Shown: positions 24,876 through 37,718 of the stretch, piece by piece | Position numbering within the stretch: position 1 is the stretch's first letter | How the letters are laid out: each line of letters opens with the position of its first letter | Assembly (NCBI GenBank): GCA_030704615.1 | Contig: CM060733.1 | Location: 4,278,001 to 4,342,000 of the forward strand | Source: Takakia lepidozioides | Taxonomy: Eukaryota > Plantae > Bryophyta | Length of the DNA stretch: 64,000 nucleotides | Direction of reading: 5' to 3' | Program-made: the position numbers and the translations under genes | The notes under the pieces: model-generated | Database searches by the model: none | What the model was told of the DNA's origin: nothing | Seen by the model: the letters and a program-made list of their open reading frames with translations, nothing else

Positions 24876-27800
24876 ATGGATGACGAGGTGGATCTGCTGG
24901 ATTACGAGATCTCACTCGATGATGAGTTTCAAGAGGGCCAGCTACAGCATGGCTTGCAGGCCATGGACATCGCAGATACGGTGGAAGAAGGAGAGATTGC
25001 TGAGGAGGGCAAGCAATTGCAGGGTACCACACAATTGGCAGTGGTTGCCGTGACTAGCGACTCGCAGGGATCGATAAATTCGCCTACCTATTTGGCTCTC
25101 GAATCGGGCCTAGCAGGTAAGATGCCAATTTCCGTTCTCTTAGGATAGTTGGCGTAGATCTTCCTGCGAGAGTGCTTACGATTTTGGGTCACGCAGTGTG
25201 GATTACGCATTAGGGAATCCGCCAAGTTGTTGGTGTGTGAGAGTGTGTGGCAGATTCAGATCCATGTCTGTTTGGAGGATGGTGAAACGGAATGCTGGTG
25301 TGGAGGGAGACCTGTAGAGATAGAGGAAATTAAACCACTTCAATTTCATGGATGACATTTCCTTGCATAACCTAAGAGTTTTGTTCTGGATTGCAAAACC
25401 ACTTGTAGACTGGATCCATGGATCAATCTAGTAATCACGGTGCCACCAATTCTGAACTTAGAAGTTCGAAAATATAGACGTGCTCATTAGAGGTTGCTGG
25501 ACCCTAAACTCGTAGAGTTTAGGGTGTGCCAATTACAGGTGTTGGAAACAGAAAGAGAAGTCCCGACAGACGTTGGTCCTCTTTGGCAGTGATGATGTAC
25601 AGTGCTCTGGTATTTTTATACTTGAGCTGTTCTTTTGTTCTGACACAGATGAGAACATCGAGGGGGAGGGGGAGGAGGGCAACTACTTGAGTCACCAGGC
25701 CAATGCAGGGGATAAATTTCATGCAGGGGTCACTGCAAAGAATGAAAAGCACAGAAAGAGGAAAAAAAAGAGGAGGGTTAACCTTAACAGGTAAGATGTT
25801 GTGTCTTCTAAGAGACAAGTGATTCTAACCAGATAGAGTGTTCAGTTCTATTTCATTTGCTGTTATCTACACGCTAGTCATAAAAGGGGGAAACGCCCTT
25901 CTTTCCAACCAAGCCAAATCTTGAGCCAGATGCAGTGGACAGACCTACTCTCTGAGTGCATACAATCCAGGGCAGAGTGATGGGCCTACCTTCTTCTACG
26001 AAATGCAACCACAGCTGAGAGAGAAATGTATTCATAAGACGTTATTTGCCATAGCTTTGTGGCCATAGACCCTGAGCCAACAAATACAACCTTTGTGAGG
26101 GCTCATTCCAGTAGTGGGACTTACCTTGATAAAGACAATTAGTTCGGGCTCTCCAGATATCCTCTAGAAACCCCTTCACACTAGCATCAACTTCCCGTGT
26201 GTGAGCTGCCCAGCAATTAGACCCCAACAGGGCCAGGGCTTTAGGCTCAGCCTTGGGGTTTTATAGTTGGTGAGCAAAGGTGCGGGGACAATGTTCGTGA
26301 TGTTCCTGAAGAGGGTCACTCTCTGGTGAGAATATCCCAGACAAGGTATCAGAAAATGGATATTGTCTTCAGGCTGCCTGCATATTGGGCAATTACAATC
26401 TCCTCGTCCTTTCTGCATCAGTTTATTGTTCAAAGGTTCCCGTTGAATTTCAGTCGAGTGCTGAGGGTAGGTAGGCCGTTGAGATCATCCTTAATGTCAT
26501 CGCCCATGTCACAGACTGGAATCAAGTTCAGGGAAGTTTTATGCCTAACTTCACTACAGGTGAAGAGAGAATGTACTCATAAGTCGTTGTTTGCCGTAGC
26601 GTTGTGGCCATTGACCCCGCGCTCAGTTTTAGCGGAACACAAAGGGACAGAAACTACCTTTGTCAGGGGCTGAGGTTGGCAGTATGACTTACCTTGGAAC
26701 AGGCAATTAACCCGAGTTTTCCAGATATCCTTCACACAAGCATCATCAATCTGCTGGGTGTGGTTTGCCCAATAACAAGGCCCCAAAAGGGCCGGGGCTT
26801 TTGGCTCAGCCTCGAGACTTTCAAAGTTGGTTAACAGAGGTTCAGGCACAATTCCCTTGATGGATTTGAAGACGGTGTCTCTCTCGTGAGAGTAGCCAGG
26901 ACAATGAATCAGAAATATGAATATTGTCTTCAGGTTGCCCACACAACGGGCAATTGCAATCCCTCTTTCCTCTCTGCATCTGTTTGCTGTTCAAAGGTAG
27001 GCTTCCCGCTGAGAGAGAATGTACTTATAAGATGTTGTTTACCGTAGCCTTGCGGCCATTGACCCTGCGCCTGGATTAAGCGGAACACAAAGGGACAGAA
27101 CCTATCTTTGTCAGGGGCTGACGCCGGTAGTAAGACTTACCTAGGAAAAAATAATCCCGCTGAGAGAGAGGATGTCCGTTTGCCGTTGCGTTGTGGCCAT
27201 TGACCCCGCGCCCAGGTTGAGCGGAACACTAAGGGACAGAACCTACTTTTGTCAGGGGCTGACGCGGGTAGTAAGACTTACCTTGGAATAAACAATTGAT
27301 CCGGGTTTTCCAGATATCCTCTAGAAACCCCTTTACACAAGCATCAACCTGCTGTGTGTGGTTTGCTCAATAACTAGGCCCCAAAAGGGCCTGGGCTTCT
27401 GGCTCAGCCTCGAGACTTTCAAAGATGATAAACAGAGGTACAGGCACAATTCCTTTGATAGATTTGAGGAGAGCGTCTCTCTGGTGAGAGAACCCCGGAC
27501 AGTGAATCAGGAAATGAACATTGTCTTCGGGTTGCCCACACAACGGGCAATTGCACTCTCCCTTTCCTCTCTGCTTCTGTTTGCTGTTCAAAGGTAGGCT
27601 TCCCACCCTGAGTTGAAATTTCAGTCTAGTGCTGAGAGTTGGTAGACCCTTGAGGTCATCCATGATGTCCTTCCCCATGTCACAGACTGGAAACAAGTTC
27701 CGGGAAGTTTACACCTAACTTCATTTTCATCAGACAATTTCCTGGCAACAGACATGGCTTTGGACACTACAGCCTCTATGTCAGATTTATCCAGCAGGGT

Positions 27801-30489
27801 CAAGACTAGCGGGCTAAGATTCAGATCCTTGAGAATATCTTCTACTCTCTTCCGCCAGGACTTAGCCTGTTTCACAGGGTGATCCTGCTTCCAAGATATA
27901 GAGTCGATTAACTTAGAGATTGTACTCATAAGACCTTGTTTGCCGTAGCCTCGATTAACTTAGAGAGAGAGAGAGAGGGAGAGAGAAAGGCGGAAGCCAC
28001 AAGATATGACCACCTGGTCTGTATAACAGTCTGCTGTGATGAAAGAGACTATTGACACTTACAACCTATCAACGCCAACAGAGGCAACTGTATATGACCA
28101 GCCGAAACAGTATAGCCAGGAAAACAAGCTGCTTGCTTCTTGAAGTACAGTAATAGCCAGCAGATAAATGAAGATTGTGCCTTGTTTTCCTACTTCCTCT
28201 TAATGGAAGAGAGGAAGCCTTCAGATGCATCCTCCTGTTCGCTCAGGAGAGCTGCAGGTTAGCCCATGCCTTTTGGCAGCATCCTTTAGTTCAAACCAAT
28301 GTCGCTCATGATGGGTCCTGGCATGACCTGCTCACACCAGGCAGCACCTAGCTTTCAGATGTGCCAAAGAGTACAACCCCTTCCAAATCACACTCCCAGC
28401 TATCCTGCTTCCAATTGGGTCTCATTTCAAGGTGTTTTAGGGGTCACACCTTCTCTTGTGAAACTTGAGAGGACGAGTCCAGATTTGTCTCACCCTAGCT
28501 CGTAGGAGAAGGTCAGTCCAATCTTTCTGGCAGCATTGATCCTCATCCTTTTTTCCTAGGTGAGGGCTAGGTATGGAGGTCATACACAAGTTAACATTTG
28601 TCCCTTCCTATGGCCTATTTTGTGCTCTCTTCTTGCTCTGTACAAACTGGTGGTAGCAGTCTACCTTAAAGAGGTGTTGACAGATTTTGGCCCACTGCAT
28701 GCAGGTTTGTCATGGAAACATGCAAGCGGTTGCAAGAACCTAAACGTTCACTGATGTGGGAAGCTGTTCACAAGCTTGGGATGGATGTCATTGTTGACCT
28801 TGTGCATGAGGTGTCTAACGGAACTTACCACTTACATCATCTTGCTACGAAGTGTTGGTAGATGAACTCTTGATGTCAGTCAACTAGCTTTCCACAATGT
28901 GTCTTGCAGCAAGAGACGCAGGTGCCAATTCATACTTTGTCCAAAAGGTTGATCATGAACCTGGAAAGAATTGTAACAGGAAACTCCCTATGCAATGCAC
29001 AAATAGCAAGAGGGGAGGAGTTGTACTTCAGAGCTGAATAGGACAGATGCTGTTACCCCTATCAACATGCTTTAAGAATGTTTGGAGATCGTTGGGTACA
29101 TTTTGGAAGGCAGATACAATGTATTCATGCCAACCAACTTTGTGACCAATTGCCTTGGTGGCGACCAAGCTGATGTGAATAGTATCTCTTATGTTGTACT
29201 CTTATGTTGTAGTCATCCTGTCTTATTGGGTAAAGCTTTCCAGTCTTAGTCAAGTTGGTGGGATTGCATGCGAAGGTGGATGCAATAGAGAAGTGTGGGG
29301 GTCAGATGACAGCTGATGGCAGCCGCCGCCGCAGTCCAGGGGGGGTGCTCTGGAACATACTCCGTAAACGTGTGGGCCCCAATGTTTACAAAGAGATCAT
29401 GACCAAAGGAAATGAACTTATGGTACGTTGTGCTTGGTGCCCTCATTTTCCATGGGCTTCTTTGGTGGGGGGGAGGGTTACATTTATAGATGAAAATGGC
29501 CAAGCTATTTCACAAATAAGATGACAAAACTTACAAAAGCCATTCCTGAAACCCATGTAGTAGGAACCAGGCATTGCTGGCTGGTCATAATGCTCTGGTC
29601 CTATTTGAGAACAGACAGCTGGGGGCATTGCAGGAATTTTTGCTGGGTTGGGACTGACGGGGAGCCACTGTTGTCTGGTAGTGGGACCTATGTTTATACT
29701 AAAGTGGAATCTAGCCTTTCAAAATGCTTAGAGAAAGCTCTTAGCCCTTGCATGTCGTAGCAGCTAAACCCCAGAAGCACTTGAGATGAGAGTTGAATCT
29801 TCCTTGCTTTTCATCTTCATCATATCAGTTCTTTTGGCTGATAGATCTGTTTTCATTTTGGAGAAATTGAGACAGTGATTTCCTCTTTAATGAAGAACTG
29901 ACACCAATTATTTAGCTGCTTTCAGAAGAAGGCTCAGAAACATCACGATAATGGTAAACGGCGGCGGATGCATGTTGATGATGAGCCCAACAATATAGGA
30001 AAGCGTCAGAAAATGGAAATTGATGGCACGAGGAGCCAAATCTCTCACAAGGAGCCAGCATCAACACGAGGCAGCAGGATTTCCTGGTCGATGAGAACCT
30101 CACCTCTGGAGCTGCAGACTGATGGCAAGTTCCATGCGGTTGATGTCTTGGATGTATCTGTACAAGCTCAGAAGGCATGGGCAGAAGGGGTCAGAGTAAG
30201 AGAGAGGGGGGAAGCTTCTACAGAGGCTGTTGCTCAGTTAGGGGTTCAATCCAGGGAAGCCGATATCCCTGTCATGGCCCCCTCTTTAAACACAAAGTTG
30301 CCTGTTGCGGATAGGCTACGTATGCCTGTCAGCTATGGCGACCTGGTAGAAGGTGAGGCGGAAGGCTGTGACAAGGAAAGGCATGACAACAGTCCAATTG
30401 ATAGACTGAGCATTGATGAGGAGGGGGAGATTGTCGAACCCAGCTTTGGAACTGATCAATCTGTGAGACTTCTGCCATCAAGCGTCTAA
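24876..30489 (+). CDS. PHAX: Phosphorylated adaptor for RNA export (PHAX RNA-binding domain protein), 5 exons, 399 aa
   Basis: Exons 24876-25116, 25649-25790, 28705-28810, 29276-29422, 29926-30489. NRFVMETCKRLQEPKRSLMWEAV..VDAIEKCGGQMTADGSRRRSPGGVLWNILR; acidic N-terminus, basic NLS, C-terminal RLRMPVSYGDL. Confidence 0.9.
26012..27985 (-). mobile_element. head-to-tail stack of at least five 5'-truncated non-LTR retrotransposon 3' ends in PHAX intron 2
   Basis: Repeated RLKFQLRVGSLPLN..CPLCGQPEDNVHFLIHCP (CCHC knuckle)..DIWKTR..RGVNGHNATA. 3' termini at about 26015, 26562, 27008, 27158 and 27912, each abutting GAGA tracts. Confidence 0.85.
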
Positions 30490-32659
30490 TCATGAAGAGT
30501 ATGCGAGCAGTTTTCCACCGGTAGGCAGGGCACTTTTTGTGGACCATATACAAGGAGCCTTCTGGTCTTCCTGCACGGTTAGGGACACTGCTTCAACTTT
30601 TGCCAAGGAGCCTGTTCTTGAATGATCTGAAGGGGTGGTGTTATTGGAGGAGGTGGAGTACGATCCCTGGAGCCAAGCCTTACGTGTAGGGACACGGCCC
30701 ATCTACTTAGTTGTGCACACAAAGCACATTCCATGATTGCCATGTGAGGGGTTAGCATCCAATTCTTCCCTAGCAAAGTAAAATCTTTGATTTTAGTGGG
30801 ATGTTTTTCCAAAGCCAGTGCTATACGTCTCGTGCTGGCACTCTTGACCAGGCCAAATTGATCACTGAGGTTGGGTTCCAAATCGATCTGCAGACTCTGG
30901 GACATTGTTCTCGGGTCCGACAGAGATAAGATGTCTGCTGCTTCCAAGTTTTGTGGCTCTTTCACAGATGCCCTTTGGATGCCCTTTTTTGGGGATGCTG
31001 ATTTACTGCTTTTGGTTCATGAAGGGTGCGTTTGACCCCTGAACCTCATCAAGACCTCAATAACATTTAGTTCTTGTAGCCCTGTTTTGTGCTTGGTCTG
31101 CTAAGGCTCTACTCTGGAGAGTGGCAATGGTAAGTTCTTATGCCATTTCTCCATGGTCAGTGGTGTCACGTCATGATGGTATTTTCATTCCTTCTTTAAA
31201 ATGTGTAATAGTTTGAATGGAACAGCCCACCTTTGGGATTAACTTCTTGAAGCTGTGCTGCCCGGCTGCTTTTTGGTGCTGTCCTTCACAAGAGCTGTAC
31301 CTTCATCACATTTGTGGCCACCATAGGCACGCCACCTTTGAGTGAAGACTTGGTCGCTTGGTTTTCTTATTGAATGTTAGCTGGACATTCCTCCAACTTG
31401 GTGCGGATGGGTTTATGAACGAGTCTTGACCCGGTTGGTGACAGGTCATAAGCTTCTGGAGTGCAGAGAATCAGATTCTGGATGAAAACATGACAATGGA
31501 TGACGATGATTATTTATCAGGTAGCATGCATTCAAGCAGATCTGATAAAGTGAAAGTAGATCTCGAGCAGCTATGTATTATTCTTGCATGATACCTTTTA
31601 GCAACTGCTGCGAAGGACTTTTGTCAGGTGGGTATTTGAAGTTGCTGACTGTGGGCTGCTGCTGCCCATCCTTTTTGATTTGTGGTCTCGTGGCTCTCTC
31701 TCCCAAGTCCTGTCGTGGCCGCCCTGCAATTTTGACACCCGGAAGAGTGTCAGTTCTGACAATGCCAGAAGCCGAGCAGTGGAGACAAGATAGACCGAGT
31801 TAACTCAACGTGCCGCAAAAGTGTCTCCTCTCCTCTCTTATAGCCACATTGAGGTTCCAAGTTGGAAAGATCTCCTGGACTGGGCATTCGAAAACAACGT
31901 AGGAAGGGCTCACGGGTGTAAGCTGTAAGCCTTTGAGCATCCTTGTTAGATTATAAAGTGTTTGTAACTTGGCAACTGGTTTCGGAACTTCGGATGCAGG
32001 GATGAAGGAGACAACACAGGATAAAGCGAAACAGAACCTAGAGAGGCAAGTAGGCTAACACAATGACTAAGTTAAAACCCATCAAACTCGAGTGTCTCTT
32101 GAGCACTCTTTTCATTCGAACATCCGTGAACCTTGTCGTTATCTATTGTATTGTTGCGAGTCATTGAGATTCACAAGGACAATTATGTTTACGTCCTTTT
32201 ACTTTTGGCATTCAAAGCTGCACAGCAGACTAAAGGCCTGTCCAAATCTCAGAGTCTCTCCACACAAGTGAGCCCTCCCTCCTCCAACCTCAAATCAAGG
32301 AAACCCACCCAATCAATCCACTCCACCCTCCTTCCCCTCCTTTGCAAAGACATTCACTTGTGACATTGAATTGCCAACTCGCCACGGAGGCCTTGACACT
32401 GCGTAAATGTTGAGAGTGTGACAACAGCACTACTTACGAGCAGCTTTGATGCCTCCTTCAGGCCTTAACACTGCCAAACCCAAAAATAAACGCTCCTTGT
32501 CTTCACACTTCTCCAATGCAAAGGCACTCTGTCAATACAGATTTCAATTGCGCGATCTTTTTCAAAATTAGTCTCAATTTTAGACTCGGGATTCTTATTA
32601 CATACATACTTTTGTCCAAAAGGAAGACACACACACACATCGGACAAGCGCTTCTGTAG

Positions 32660-35450
32660 CGACTGACATGCCACACTCACTAGTAAACTCACTAGTTACT
32701 ACTCCTGTCTCATCACTGACACTCCACTTAATTTCCACTTAACTCCCTGTCTTAACACCTTTTATTACCACTAATCATACCCCAATTATTACTCTGCTAA
32801 TTCACACAAAACTACTCTAGTTCACATATGTGCGCTGTCAGCGTCCCCAATCATACGGCGACGGAAGTCGACGGAAACGAGGGACGACATGTGGACGGAC
32901 GCCGACAGACTGACACGCGTAGGCCCGTGGGACCCAATCCTCTGCGGCGTCCTCGAGCTTCGGGCACCTGCCCCTCGTTCCTGCCAACGCCGACGGACGA
33001 CGTCGTCCGTCTGATACTTTAGGTCGTTGGTGTCAGGAGAAGTGTGTGGGGAAAAGCTGGCAACCCGCATTCAAAAATTGAAGCGAGGGATCTTCCAGGA
33101 AGCGGGCCCCGCTAACTAATACTGATTAATTACCTACCTGCATCCGGTTAGGGCGCGCCAGTACCTACCCTTCGCACTTGAATGTAATCATTGGTAACTC
33201 GCAGTTGTACAACTTACTACTGTTCGCACATTCCCAACGGAAAATCGTGGATGGAACGGGGTGGCCGGATGGACATCCGTCCACCTTCTGTAAGACTAAT
33301 CATTCCAACTGCCCTCCAGTTCGTTACTGTACTCCCTCACATACTACTGCGGCCAGCGTTCCCTTAGTTATGACGTCGTCACGGGTCGTTAAACCATTTT
33401 TAAACTAATATTATATTTTGGCGAAACTTCAACCGACTCAGTCGCCGGGCAGCGCGCCGCACGGAATGGCGATCCTGGCCGTGGATCCGACAATCGACGG
33501 CGACGTACCGTTCGCAGAGCAACGAATGGACGGCGTCCATCTGGTCATTAGTTATTACCCAAATAAGCTACTCGCCTGAAAATAGCCCCACGCGTGCGAC
33601 CACTAATACTCGGATATTTCCGCGACTACGTGGCCTGACTTGCGGCGCTTAGATTTCCCAATCGACGGCCCGAAATACTTGTCGTTGCAACGTGGACACA
33701 TCTCGATCTCCTGCCAGAACCCTATTCCAGAATCGTGCGGTTGACATACGCGGTTTTAATGTGCGTCAGGCCTGAGAGTTAGTTAGTAACTATTCACTAG
33801 TTACTAGTCGTTTTTGGTATCACTATTTCTACTGGCGTCGTCAGGCTGGCGGCCGACAAGGGTACGGCCTATTATCGCCGACTCTTTTGGCGCGGGCCGG
33901 GCCGGGCGCCGGTCGGCCGCGCCCGCGCCAATCACGACGTACGCGGCAAACCCCACTACCGAGCTAATAGTAGCTACGTACTTAGTGTAGCCCGGAATTA
34001 GGTCGCCTTGGATGAATGATTCACGAATGAAAGACCGAGCTCATCCCATCACCAACCAGGAAATATTGGGGAGGACGATAATCATCATCCATGGAGACTG
34101 GGAAGTTGATGGATGAGATGGACGTGCATGCAGACGTAAAAAGAAATGCATGTCGACGGAAGAGGCATCCGGCCGGTAACCGCCTGCTGCACCTGCCGGA
34201 TCAGGATTCCGATCCGGCTCCGACAGGCGGGCCCCGCCGGCGGGGCCCTGCCGCGGGTACCTGAGCCCGGGCTGCAGCTGGCCGAGCGGGCCCCACGGGC
34301 GGCCGTAGCCGTACCCGGGTGGTACTCGCACACGTACACCTGTCAATACGGCGTATTGACACCTACCTGTAGGTGTGCGTAGTAGTAAGTTACTAAAGAG
34401 CGAGTAATAGTGAGTAGGGCCCCCTTGGGAATCGGATAAATAGAGGGGGGCAATAAGGGGGCGGGGTTAGGTCATGAATGGGGATCTGGGTGCGCGCAGC
34501 AAGAGTCCAAAAGGGGTGGGGGTGGCCCACAACAGCGACCTGGGGATTGACAGACCTAATAATTCATGTGCCGCGCCACCTGCTACGTGCTTTATTATTG
34601 GGGTGTCGAGAATAAATGTCCGTCTATAACATGGGCGGGGTAACTTTTTCTCACCTGTACGAGTAAGTTACTGTCGTAGGTGCGGCCGAAGGATGAATGT
34701 AGTGTCGTCGACAGAGGGGCAGGCGCTGCCGCGCAGAAGGATTAGCCGGAGCAAATCATTGAGCGAGCAGGAGCTTTAAATGGGCGTCAGGACTGTCGCC
34801 ACAGTATAGCCCTGCTCTGTCCATCCATCGGCCTCGCACCTTTTCATTTCATCCATCAGGACCGCAATGAATTCGCAATTAATTGAATGGATGTGGCGAT
34901 ATGTTCACGAGATCCTTCTGCAGCAGGGCGGAACAGAGGGCCGGGTGTGGCGGCCCGGCCCGGGCTGCATGTGGCAGGCCCTGTCAGGCTCCGGGTAGGG
35001 TGTGGGGTGGGCAACATGGTTTCAGTACAGGTAGCACTGTGGATGATCATCGGTGATTCATTCATCCTCCACCTCTGTAGCCGGATCGGCGCGGAGGACA
35101 CCTTAGTTTGGATGGGTGGGAATTGATAAAATATAAGTGGTGATATCTCAGTTAGGGTTGGAAATCCAGGGAGCGGATTTTAGGGCACAACACGAGGACG
35201 ACCGGAGTCGCCGTAGGCGTATATCGGTAGAGTAAGAAGTAGTTAATAGCGCACGAAGGATAAAGTTTCTTTAGTTGGTCATCTTTTGGCACAAGTTAGT
35301 AGGCACGTCCGAGAGCATGAAGTAGAGTCTACCTGGTCAAGACAGTAAGACCCGAGTAGCAGTAAAAACAATGAGCGACTAACGGAGGTGAGACAAAACC
35401 TGATAACCGGGGTCAGATCTAGGGTTGACCCACAACAATAGAAGGTTGAC
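32660..35450. other. CpG-rich non-coding tract dense in micro-palindromes and micro-duplications
   Basis: Examples: gggccccgccggcggggccc (34229-34248) and tgtcaatacg-g-cgtattgaca (34341-34361); no credible ORF. Confidence 0.6.
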
Positions 35451-35548
35451 TACGTTTGAAGTAAGCGTGAACTACGATGGTGTCCTTCAGTCTCCCCCAA
35501 AGTGCCCTAAGATTAGGAATAATAATCAGGGAAAGAGTAGAATTTGTA

Positions 35549-35550
<2 letters not shown>

Positions 35551-35578
<28 letters not shown>
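35551..35578. repeat. (TA)n microsatellite
   Basis: Direct reading. Confidence 0.95.
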
Positions 35579-35583
<5 letters not shown>

Positions 35584-35814
35584 GAAAGGGGACTCATAAA
35601 GGGTGCTCGATAAAAGCTTTATACAGGATTATAGAATTTATCATCACTAGTTCTGGTTATTGACTGGAAATAAGGAGCTGAAAAAAAAGAAAAGGGAGCT
35701 GCGGAGTGTGTAAGCTGCATGCCATGTAATCAAACTCATGGTTTCAGAAAGGTTGTTGCGCAAAACGGACTCTAAGGAGCATGCCGTTCCCTTCGTCCTC
35801 TTGATTCAAATTTA

Positions 35815-36000
35815 GGCTATGACCCAAGTATGCGCCATCTATAGTGAATGAATTGAATGAATTAATACCTATCCGAGGTTAACACAACCAGGCGGTTATG
35901 TGGATCTGTGAAGGTGTCCACCTTCCTACCGGAAGGCAGTAGTAGCCCTTCGGGGTCAAGAGATACCATAAATTTACGCTTCTGTGGGCTTGTTTGATAA
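35815..36000 (+). mobile_element. degenerate SINE-family copy
   Basis: Shares gaaggtgtccaccttcc..ggaaggcagtag..ccctt..ataa.tttacgct with the 10.1 kb copy. Confidence 0.5.
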
Positions 36001-37718
36001 CCGGACACTGAACCAGACCGTCAATGGCCATCCAGATATTTGTTCATATAATTTGTTGCGACAATATATTAGAAATGAAAGTTCCAAAACCCCAGCACCG
36101 AAGGATCTCAACACAAGGTTGAAGTTAGACAGCCGTAAGCGGCTGATATCAAAAACATCAAATATCCGCGCAACACCGGTTTATTTTCCCCTCAAGCCTG
36201 CCCAGTTTTGCGGTGGGGTGGTGTTGTTTCATTTTTTATTTCTTAAAAAAAGGAGCGTTTCCTTGGAAACCAAAAAACAAAAAAACAATTAACAATTATT
36301 GAGCAAACCGTTTTTAAAAAATACTAAAGTTCTTTTTTTTCTTTTTTTTCTTTTCTTAAAAAACAAATGAACAGGGGGATTGACGGTAGCCCTGGAAAGT
36401 TATCAATAACGTGTAAGGGACTGTAGAGCAATGTAATTAATAATGAATAAAAGTTAGAAAATGGAGTTCCCCCGACCGACAAAAACGCAGGTGACCCGCC
36501 GCAACAGCGGGGATCGCCGACGAACGGCGTCGGATAAAACGCCGAGCTCGCACCGGCCTCCCCGGGAAATCCCACAGTCGGGTAACTCCTGGCGGTTGGT
36601 GGCGATACCTTTGCCTTCCCGGCAGCTTGCCGTCGAGAGCGAGGGCCGGTGTGGCGCCGTCCGTCCGCTGGTTCGTTCGTCCGTCCGTCCACGGCGGTGG
36701 TAATGGGCCCCAACCAAGGCACTGCAGTGTGTGCGCGACGAGCGAGAGAGGGAGGGAGAGATGGTGAATGAGCTTTTGAAGCTTTGATAGTAGGCTGCAA
36801 AGCTTCGCTGCGTCACTCATTGTGTCGGTGACAGTGGACAGAGAGAGTCGTCCTGCCTTGTTAGCAACTGAATGTGGTTCTTTTTTGCTCGGGAGGGACT
36901 GGTTATGGCGCTGTAGGCGCAGAGATAGAAAGAAACTGGTTCTCTGAGTGGTTGGGTGAGTGGTAGCTGTTGGGAGTCTTGATCTGTGTGTGGACGTAAC
37001 TGGGTTTGTCCAGAGGCGAGGAGGAAGGTGCTGCAGTGTGAGTGTGTTGTAGTGTAGAGACGCTGGAGAGGGAGTGAGGGTGGAGGGAGGGCTGGAGGCA
37101 GACTGCGGAGCTGGATGCAAGAGAAAGGAAGACAAGGGGGTTCTTGTGTATTTGCCTGGAATCGTTTTTACCTCTCATTCTGTTTGGGAGTCTGCGGAGG
37201 GGTTTAAAGAAAGAGAGGAAGAGAGGCGAGTGGTCTTCGATGGACGGGAGGGCAGCGTTATTGGGGAGCTTCAGTGTATGGAACGCCAGTGTGGGTCTTG
37301 GTTCCCATGTGTGTGCGTCTGAGATCATGCCGGCCTCGTGCTTAATGTAACTACATTATCTTCCTAGGTCTGTCTTCTCCTCATAATGTCAGCCTCGTTC
37401 TGCCTGGGAGGTGGTAGCTACTGATTTGGTATCCCGAGCATCCGCGTACCTGTCTTGGTATGCTGGTAGAGGTTGTAAGAGAGCTCACAGTGCGAAGTAA
37501 TTTGTGTTTGGTAGAGAAAGTAAGCTGTGTAATATTGAGAGGGCGCTTTGTACGACAGCCTTTCTCATATTTGAGTTTGTTTTAACTGCATTTGAGCCTT
37601 TTACGTAATAGAGTGGAGGGGCCGAGAGAGAGAGAGAGATTCACTGAAGAAAAACTAAGCCGTCACGTAGATTAGAGTGTCCGGGAGAGAAGGGGAGCTT
37701 CGACAGCCGGCAAGCAAG

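Noticed and set aside
26012-27985. CRISPR-like repeat array
   Set aside because: Repeats are long, unequal, protein-coding LINE ends in a eukaryotic intron; no spacers or cas genes
30490-31800. Minus-strand ORF fragments downstream of PHAX
   Set aside because: No recognisable domain or consistent exon chain; likely 3' UTR/intergenic or an unrecognisable relic
35910-35981. Canonical hammerhead ribozyme
   Set aside because: Three-way topology, but the core lacks CUGANGA and GAAA and the GUC is paired in the closing stem
36324-37350. Several long overlapping ORFs
   Set aside because: GC/GA-rich 5' leader region of the CC-like gene; ORFs in all frames without motifs
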